Shown here in pieces: positions 56,751 to 64,000 of a stretch of DNA of 64,000 bases. This stretch comes from an uncultured delta proteobacterium (GTDB lineage: Bacteria; Myxococcota_A; Polyangia; Palsa-1104), in NCBI GenBank assembly GCA_963785725.1, contig CAWAWS010000015.1, positions 64,001 through 128,000 on the forward strand, given 5' to 3'. The first letter of the stretch is position 1. Every line of letters starts with the position of its first letter. Both the position numbers and the translations under genes were made by a program. The notes under the pieces were generated by a model. The model saw only the letters and a program-made list of their open reading frames with translations, was not told the origin of the DNA and made no database searches.

Positions 56751-58661
56751 GTGACGCAGTCGCGCGGCTTGGCAATCGGCGACAGCGTCGGCAAGTACCG
56801 CATCACCGACAAGATCGGCCAAGGCGGCATGGGCGAGGTCTTCGGCGCCGTGCACGACGGGCTCGGTCGCGACGTCGCCGTGAAGGTCCTGCGCGCCCGC
56901 TTCGCCGACGACGAGCAGCTCCTCGCCCGCTTTTGGCAGGAGGCCGAGGCCGTCTCGCGCATCGGCCACGCCAACATCGTCTCCGTCTACGACTTCGGGC
57001 GCACCGAGGCCGGCGAATCCTATTACGTCATGGAGCGCATCGCCGGCGAGAGCTTGGCCGCGCGCCTGCGCCGGGAGCCGTCGCCGTCGCCGGCCGAGAT
57101 CGACGCCATCTTCGGGCAGATCTGCCGCGCGCTCGCGGCCGTGCACGCGCGCGGCATCATCCACCGCGACTTGAAGCCCGACAACGTGCTCCTGCAGACG
57201 CAGCCGAGCGGCTGGCCGCACGTCAAAGTGGTCGACTTCGGCGTGGCCAAGGTGCGCGGCACGACGCTCGGGCAGGCGCCGGGAAATTTGACGGCTGCGG
57301 GCACGTTGTTGGGCACGCCGGCCTATATGGCGCCCGAGCAGATCATGGCGGCGCAGCACGTCGATGGCCGCGCCGACGTCTATTCCTTGGGCGCGATGCT
57401 CTATCAAGCGCTGACCGGCGCGCCGCCGTTCGTGGGCGAGGAGCTGGCGGTGCTGATGGCGCACGTGCGCGACGACGTGGCCGCGCCGTCGACGAAGCGG
57501 CCGGGCATCGCGCCGGCGATGGACGCGCTGGTGCTGCGCGCGCTGGCCAAGGAGCCGGAGAAGCGGCCTCCCGACGCGGGCGCGTTCGCGGCCGAGCTGC
57601 ACGCCGTCGTCGTCAGCGCGACCGCCGCGCCGGCGCCGCCGCTGACGCCGGCGCCGGCGAAGTCGTCGCGACGGCTGGGCGCGTTCGTCGTCGGCGGCGC
57701 CGCCGTCATCGCCGCGATCGGCCTCGGCTGGCGCGCGCGGCGAACGCCTACGGCGCCGGCGATTCCGACGATCGCGGCGCCGGCGAAGCGGACCAGCCCC
57801 GAGCGCGGACGGCAGCTGATGGAAGCGGCGTTGGCGGGCGAGCCGGTCGATCGGCGCGCGGCCTTGTTGGCGATCGCTCAATTGCACGCGCGGCGCGGCC
57901 TCGACGCCGTCACGCGCGCGCTCGGCGACGGCGAGCCGGAAGTGCGCCGCGCGGCCGCGGAGGGCGCGCGCGCCATCGGTCAGCCGAGCGACGGCGCGCT
58001 GCGAGCGGCGTTGGCGCAGGCGGCGGAGGCGTCGGGCGGCTCGCTGGCGCTCGACATCGCCGTCGCCCGCGCCGCGCTCGGCGACGACGGCGTGCTCGAC
58101 GAGCTCAACCGCGCGCGGGCCTCGACCGACGCGAGCACGCACCTGAAGGCGACGCTGGCGCTGGCCGATCGCAAGAAGCTGCCCCCGTCCGAGCTGCACG
58201 CCGCGCTCGCCGTCGCGCCCGCGACCCGACGCGCGCTGCGCTGGGACGCGTACGCCACGCTCTATCGCCTCGGGGACGCCGGCTTTCGCGCCGAGCTGTT
58301 GGCGGCGCTCGCCGGTGAGGACGATCGCGCGGCGCTCGACGCCGCCGTGACGCTGGCCGCGGCGGGCGACGCGCGCGGCCGGCAAGCGCTGGCGACGCTG
58401 GCCAAGAGCGACGACGCCACCGTGCACGCCGAGGCCGAGGCGCAGCTGGCCGAAGCCGGCGACGCGGCCGCGCGCGACGTCGTCACCTTGCGGCTCGGCG
58501 GTCGCGACGTGGCGGCGCGGCAGCGCGCGGCGTTGGCGCTGGCTCGGCTGGCGCAGAAGAGCGGCGACGGCGGCGCGCTGGCGGCGTTGGCGCGCGCGCT
58601 CGGCGACGACGATCGCGTCGTGCGTCTGACCGCCGCCGCCGCATTCTGGAGCGTCTCGTGA
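56751..58661 (+). CDS. Hanks-type Ser/Thr kinase with TM segment and HEAT repeats
   Basis: GQGGMG, VAVK, HRDLKPDN, DFG and GTPAYMAPE motifs; TM segment; DGEPEVRRAAA-type repeats. Confidence 0.92.
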   Translation: MTQSRGLAIGDSVGKYRITDKIGQGGMGEVFGAVHDGLGRDVAVKVLRARFADDEQLLARFWQEAEAVSRIGHANIVSVYDFGRTEAGESYYVMERIAGESLAARLRREPSPSPAEIDAIFGQICRALAAVHARGIIHRDLKPDNVLLQTQPSGWPHVKVVDFGVAKVRGTTLGQAPGNLTAAGTLLGTPAYMAPEQIMAAQHVDGRADVYSLGAMLYQALTGAPPFVGEELAVLMAHVRDDVAAPSTKRPGIAPAMDALVLRALAKEPEKRPPDAGAFAAELHAVVVSATAAPAPPLTPAPAKSSRRLGAFVVGGAAVIAAIGLGWRARRTPTAPAIPTIAAPAKRTSPERGRQLMEAALAGEPVDRRAALLAIAQLHARRGLDAVTRALGDGEPEVRRAAAEGARAIGQPSDGALRAALAQAAEASGGSLALDIAVARAALGDDGVLDELNRARASTDASTHLKATLALADRKKLPPSELHAALAVAPATRRALRWDAYATLYRLGDAGFRAELLAALAGEDDRAALDAAVTLAAAGDARGRQALATLAKSDDATVHAEAEAQLAEAGDAAARDVVTLRLGGRDVAARQRAALALARLAQKSGDGGALAALARALGDDDRVVRLTAAAAFWSVS

Positions 58662-61600
58662 AGCTGTGCAGCGTCTGCCACCGCGTCTTCGCCGACGACG
58701 ACCCGCGCTGTCCCGACGACGGTGAGACCTTGGCCCACGATCCGCTCATCGGCACGTCGCTGGGCCCGTTCGCCGTCGCCGGCTGGCTGGCCGAAGGCGG
58801 GCTCGGCATCGTCTACTACGGCGAGCACACCGGCATCCATCGGCCGGTGGCGGTGAAGCTGCTCAAGCCGGCGCTCATGTCCGACGAGGCGGCGCGACGA
58901 CGCTTCTTCACCGAGGCGCAGGTCGTCGCCAAGCTGCAGCATCCCCATCTCATCGACATCTTCGACTTGGGGACGGCGCCGGATGGTCGCGTCTATTACG
59001 TCATGGAGCTCTTGCAAGGGCGGACGTTGGCGGCGCGCATGGCCGAGTCGCCGCTGCCGTTCGCCGACCTCGTGCCGATCGTGCGCGACGTGTGCGAGGC
59101 GCTCGGCGTCGCGCACGCCATCGGGCTCGTCCACCGCGACCTCAAGCCGGCGAACCTGTTCCTCGTCGAGCGCGCCGGCGAGGCGCCGTTCGTCAAGGTG
59201 CTCGACTTCGGCATCGCCAAAGTGATCGGCGGCAACGACTCCGCGCCCGAGCAGCTGACGCGCACCGGGCATCTGTTGGGCACGCCGCAGTACATGGCGC
59301 CCGAGCAGATCGACGGCGGTACGGTCGACATTCGCGCCGATGTCTATGCGCTCGGCGTCATCGTGTACGAGCTGGCGACGGGGACGCTGCCGTTCGCGGC
59401 GCAGACCGTGGGCGGGCTGTTGAAGGCGCACCTGGTCGAGGCGCCGCCGCGGTTCGATGCCGCGCGCTTGGCGCCGGGCGTGCCGGCGGCGCTGGAAGCC
59501 GTGGCCTGGAAGGCGCTGCGCAAGCTGCCCGACGAGCGCTACGACTCGGCGCGCGCGCTGGCCGACGACTTGGGGCGCGCGGCGCGCGGCGAGCCGACGG
59601 CGGCCGAGGCCTGGTGGCGGCAGCAGCTCAGCGACGGCAAAGTGGCGCGCGATCGGCTGCCGTCGACGGTGGCGGCGACGGCCGAGCGGCCGGCGCCGGC
59701 GCGCCGTGGCCGAGCCCGCGTGGGCGTGGCGGCGGGCGCGATCGCGGTCGCCGTCGCCGCCGGCGGGCTGTGGTGGGCGCGCGGCCGGCATTCGCCGCCG
59801 CCGCCGGCGCCGATTGCAGCGACCGCGAAGCCGAAGAAGCCGCGCTCGCGCCTGCCCGAGCTGCATTCGCAGGCGCTCGGCATCTTGACGACGGCGCTCA
59901 AGGACGGCGACCCGGCGGTGCGCGCGCAGGCCATCGCCGCGCTCATGAGCGGCCGTGACGCGCGCCATCGCACGCTTATCGAGCCACTCGTCGACGACGC
60001 CGATTTGTCGGTGCGCGCGGCGGCGGCGGCGGCGTTGGCGGGCCTGGGCGCGCACGCGTCGCAGCCGGCGCTCCGGCGCGTCGTGGGCGCGCCGCCGCGG
60101 CTCGACGTCGCCGTGGCCGCGGCGCTGGTGCAGCTCGGCGACGACTCGGTGCTGGCGCCGCTGCGCCTGACGATGACCAAGGGCGACGACGCGACGCGGC
60201 TGAGCGCGGCCTTGGCGCTGGCCGATCGCGATCCGGCGGCCCGCGCGCTCTTGACGCGGCACCTGGCCGGCGCGCCGGCGAACGACCCGGCGTCGGCGGC
60301 GATCGCCGCGCGTTTGGCGACGCGAGACGCGGCGGCGCGCGACGCCATCGCCGCCGAGTTACAGGCCGCGAGCCCGGCGCGGCAGCTGACCGCCGCGACG
60401 ACGCTGATGCGCCTCGGCGACGAGCGCGGCCACGCGCGGCTGGGCGAGCTCGCCGCTGCCGAGACGCCGCTCGGCCTCGTCGCCTGCCGCGCGCTGGCTC
60501 AGCTCGACGATCAGACCTGCTTCGGCCGCTTTACGCGCGTCGTTCGCGATGATCAGCGGCCGCCGGGCGAGCGCGCCGTGGCCGCCGCCGGCTTGGGCGC
60601 GTCGGGCGAGAAGTCGGCGCTCGACGATCTGGCACGGCTGTTCGACGCCGGCGAGCCCGAGCTGCGCGTGGCCGCGGCCGGCGGCGTGCTGGCGATTTGG
60701 GGCGCCGATCCGCACGCGCTGGCCGCGCAGTCGACCGATTGGGCCACCAGCGCGCTCGCCGACGACGCCTGGAACGTGCGCGAGCAAGCGGCGACCGTGC
60801 TGGCCGACGCCGAGCCGACGACGGCGCTGCCGCTGCTCGGCCGCGCGCTGCACGATCGTCAGCCCGAGGTGCGCCGCGCCGCCGCGTCGTCGCTCGGTCG
60901 CGCGCGGTCGCCCGAAGCCGTGGCGTTGTTGGGCCAAGCGCTCGACGACAGCCAAGGCGACGTGCGCGTGACGGCGCTGCGCGCGCTCGGCAAGATGCAG
61001 CAGCCGTCGGCCAAGCCGCTGTTGGCGCGGCATCTCGATCGCGCCGGCACCAACCAGGCCGAGCGCGTCATCGCCGCCGGGCAGCTGGTCAAGCTCGGCG
61101 ATCGCAGCCGCGTCGGCGAGCTGACGTCGGCGTTGACGGCCGCCGATCCCGAGCTGCGGCGCGTGGCCGTCGAGGAGGCGGCGGCCGATCCGGCGCTCGG
61201 CCGCGACGCGGCGCACACGGCGCTCGGCGATCGCAACTTCGGCGTGCGCCTGACCGCGGCGCTGCAGCTGGCGCAACAGGGATCGAACGAAGGCGTCGCC
61301 GTCTTGCAAGAGGCGCTGAAGCAGCGGGGCAGCGGCGCCGCCGTCGAGTCGGTCGACGCGTGGATGGCGCTCGGCCATCTCGGCGTCGCGCCGGCGGTGC
61401 AGCTGTCGCCCAAGGCGCTGCTCGATTCGGGCAGCTTGGAGGTGCGCTTGGCCATCGTCAGCGACGGCGCACGCCTCGAGCCGGCGCAGGCGGCGTCGCT
61501 GTTGCGGCACGCGCTCGACGACCGCGACTGGCGCGTGCGGCTGCGCGCGCTCGACGGCATCGACGCGCTCGGCGGCTCCGTCGGCGCCCTGCGCCTGCAG

Positions 61601-62124
61601 CTGTTCAAGCGCGCGCTCGTCGACGCCGACGGCGGCGTGCGCGCCAAGGCCGGCCTCCTGTACGCGCACGCCGCGCCGCGCGACGCCGACGACGTCGAAG
61701 CGGCGCCGGCCGTGGCCGCGCCCGATTCTGGGCGTCGTCGCCGATCTGGCGCCCGCGGCCGACCTGGCGCCGCGCGCCGATTCTGGCGACGGGCGCCGAC
61801 TTGGCGCCGCGCGTCGATCCGGCGCCCGCGCTGCGCGCCGAGGACGCGCGTGAAGAGGCGCAGCTGGCGATGACGTCGGCCGCGATCGCCCTCGAATCCG
61901 GCCATTACGACGCGGCCATCGCCGGCCTCCAAAAGGCGCACAAGCTCGATGCACATCTGCGCGTCTATTTCCCGCTCGGCGAGGCCTATCGCAAGCAGGG
62001 CGACAACGAGCGCGACCCGAATCGCCAGCGCGCGGCCTACGCCAAAGCCATCGCCGCCTACGCCAAAGCCAACGACCCGCGCGCCCAGAGCTACGCGGCT
62101 GAGCTGCAAGAACGCCTGAAATGA
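58658..62124 (+). CDS. Hanks-type Ser/Thr kinase with Zn-ribbon-like N-terminus, TM, long HEAT array and C-terminal TPR; two extra bases at about 61727 and 61782
   Basis: CSVC...CPDDG, HRDLKPAN, DFG and APE motifs; removing one T at each GATTCTG restores a DLA linker and joins the TPR domain that ends at 62124. Confidence 0.85.
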
Positions 62125-62140
62125 GTGGTAAAATCGGCGG

Positions 62141-62731
62141 ATGAGCTCCGCCTCGACGTCGCGTCGCTTGCACCTCGGTTGCGGTCGCTCCATCTTGCCG
62201 GGCTGGATCAACCTCGATTCGTTCGCGCTGCCGGGCGTCGACGTCGTGGCCGATCTCGACCAGTGCGCGCACAAGCCGCTGCCGTTCGCCGACGACAGCA
62301 TCGACGAGATGATGGGCCGTCACGTGCTCGAGCACGTGCGCGACGCGCTGCCGCTCATGGCCGAGCTCTATCGCGTCGCCAAGCCCGACGCGCACGCCAT
62401 CTTCATGGTGCCGCACGGCGCCAGCGACGACGCCTACGAAGATCCGACGCACGTGCGCCAATATTTTCCGCAGTCGTTCGGCTATTTTTCGCAGCCGTTC
62501 TATTGGCGCGCCGACTACGGCTATCGCGGCGATTGGCAGCCGGAGCAGCTGATCTTGAAGGTGTCGAAGGCGCGCTACGAAGGTAAAAGCGTGCAGCAGG
62601 TGATGGCGGACGTCATGAGCCTGCGCAACGTCGTGCTGGAGATGACGGTGGGGTTGCGCGCGGTCAAGCCGGCGCGCGAGCCGCGGCGGGAGCTGCAGCA
62701 GCAGCCGCGCATCGAGCTGACGCTGGAATAG
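62141..62731 (+). CDS. Class I SAM-dependent methyltransferase
   Basis: LHLGCG, LPFADDSID, HVLEH and DPTH motifs. Confidence 0.88.
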   Translation: MSSASTSRRLHLGCGRSILPGWINLDSFALPGVDVVADLDQCAHKPLPFADDSIDEMMGRHVLEHVRDALPLMAELYRVAKPDAHAIFMVPHGASDDAYEDPTHVRQYFPQSFGYFSQPFYWRADYGYRGDWQPEQLILKVSKARYEGKSVQQVMADVMSLRNVVLEMTVGLRAVKPAREPRRELQQQPRIELTLE

Positions 62732-62874
62732 GCTAGTACCTCGCCACAGTGATTTCGACCGATCCGCGCCGGTCTTCGACGTCCATGGCTTCGTTGCGTA
62801 TTCCTTCGTCGTCGCGCCTCGCCCTGAACGCCGAATCCGCGCCGGGGACCCAGCAAAATCACCGTGGCGAGGTA

Positions 62875-64000
62875 CTACGTGAAGACGTCGGCGACGTACT
62901 GGCCTTGGCGTTCGCGCTCGTCGAGCCAGCGGCCGGCTTCGTCGTCGCTGCAGCCGGTGGCGTCTTGGCGAATGCGCGCCAACGTCTCACGCACCGCCGG
63001 CGCCATGCGCGCGCCGTCGCCGCAGACGAAGACGACCGCGCCGCGCTCGATGAGCGCCTGCACGCGCGCCCGCTCTTTCCACAAGCGATGCTGCACGAAC
63101 ATGACGTCGCCGGCCGGCTGACGGAAGAACGCTGGCAACAGCTCGACGACGCCCTGCGCCTGCCAGCCGGCGAGCTCGTCGCGATAGAGGAGATCGACGT
63201 CGGGGTGGTCGCAGCCGAAGAAGAGCAGCGTCTCGGCGGCCGGGCCGGTGCCGAGCGCGCGCTCCTCGACGAAGCCGCGGAACGGCGCCATGCCGCTGCC
63301 GGCGGCGACGAGGATCATCGGCGTCATCCGATCGGCCGGCGGATGAAACGGCGTGTTGGGCGCGCGCACGCTGACGGCCACGGTGTCGCCCGGCTGCAGG
63401 CGCGCCAAGTGGCCCGACGCCGTGCCGCGATAACGGCCGCGCCCCGACCACGCCGGCGCGTCGACGACGGCGACGGTGAGCGTGCACTTGGTCGCGCCCG
63501 CCAGCGGTGACGACGAGATCGAATACTGCCGCGGCCGCATCGCCGGCACCATCTCCAAGAACGCCGCGAACGACAGCTCGCAGGCCATGAACTCGTCCAG
63601 CAGATCGAGCACGCTCACGCGCTTCTCGAGGATGTGCGTACGATATTTGTCGGTGTCGTCGGCGAGCGCCTGCAGCCGCAGCTTTTCCGGCGGGCACTGC
63701 GTGGCCTTGGCCAGCGCGCCGACCTGCTGCCGCGTCGCCGGCGTCGCCAGCTCGACGTGTCGCGTCAGCAGCTCACCGACGGTGATGGCGCGATCGGTGG
63801 GCAACGAAGCGGCGCCGGCGCGCGTCGCGTGCAGCTGCACGATGCGATCGGTCGCCAGCCGAAAACGCCGCGCCGCGCGCTCGACCTGCGCCGCGTCATT
63901 CTCCGGCAGCACGACCAGGTAGTCGCCCGTCCGATAGCGCATGCCGTCGGGGAGCTGCAGCTGCAGGTGACGCTTCGATCGACCGAGCGGCGACGTCATG
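62875..64000 (-). CDS. Diflavin reductase C-terminal FAD/NADPH domains, probably of a CYP102-like fused P450 reductase (5' truncated)
   Basis: RQYSISSS, GTASGHL, AGSGMAPFRGF, LFFGC, FVCGDG and terminal DVF motifs. Confidence 0.85.
   Translation of the reverse strand, partial: MTSPLGRSKRHLQLQLPDGMRYRTGDYLVVLPENDAAQVERAARRFRLATDRIVQLHATRAGAASLPTDRAITVGELLTRHVELATPATRQQVGALAKATQCPPEKLRLQALADDTDKYRTHILEKRVSVLDLLDEFMACELSFAAFLEMVPAMRPRQYSISSSPLAGATKCTLTVAVVDAPAWSGRGRYRGTASGHLARLQPGDTVAVSVRAPNTPFHPPADRMTPMILVAAGSGMAPFRGFVEERALGTGPAAETLLFFGCDHPDVDLLYRDELAGWQAQGVVELLPAFFRQPAGDVMFVQHRLWKERARVQALIERGAVVFVCGDGARMAPAVRETLARIRQDATGCSDDEAGRWLDERERQGQYVADVFT

Noticed and set aside
62875..62900. Terminal Phe instead of Trp in the diflavin reductase as a novelty
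   Set aside because: An aromatic Phe at this FAD-shielding position is known in other diflavin reductases such as NOS
1..64000. Mobile elements, prophage, rRNA, tRNA or riboswitches
   Set aside because: No transposase, integrase, phage gene, terminal repeat or recognisable RNA gene seen by eye; a covariance-model search would be needed to exclude small ncRNAs

Overview
A high-GC bacterial chromosomal window, most consistent with Myxococcota (Polyangia-like): it has a MYXO-CTERM-type tail, membrane Hanks kinases, many hybrid histidine kinases and many lipoproteins. I found no rRNA, tRNA, CRISPR array, transposase or phage gene. About 50 CDS are supported. The main block is a ~17 kb beta-glucan utilisation locus (31158-47854) with a ROK repressor, three predicted TT-N9-AA operators, GH16, GH1, GH26, an Opp-type ABC importer and several lipoproteins. 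It has no TonB-dependent transporter, but it encodes a 1060-aa clan GH-A hydrolase fused to a predicted outer-membrane beta-barrel, followed by two translationally coupled lipoproteins. This is my best candidate for an undescribed system. Other notable items: a MauG/bCcP-type diheme gene followed by a phosphoesterase, two paralogous Cys-containing lipoproteins of unknown family, a pentaheme cytochrome with a MYXO-CTERM tail, a HipA-like kinase/DUF3037 pair, two coupled kinase-TM-HEAT proteins, and tandem arrays of 38, 25 and 24 bp. Five single-base frameshifts occur in four genes. Four sit at or beside GATC (two read as GATTC), which suggests methylation-linked sequencing error rather than true pseudogenes. 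All family calls come from motif recognition by eye; no searches were run.
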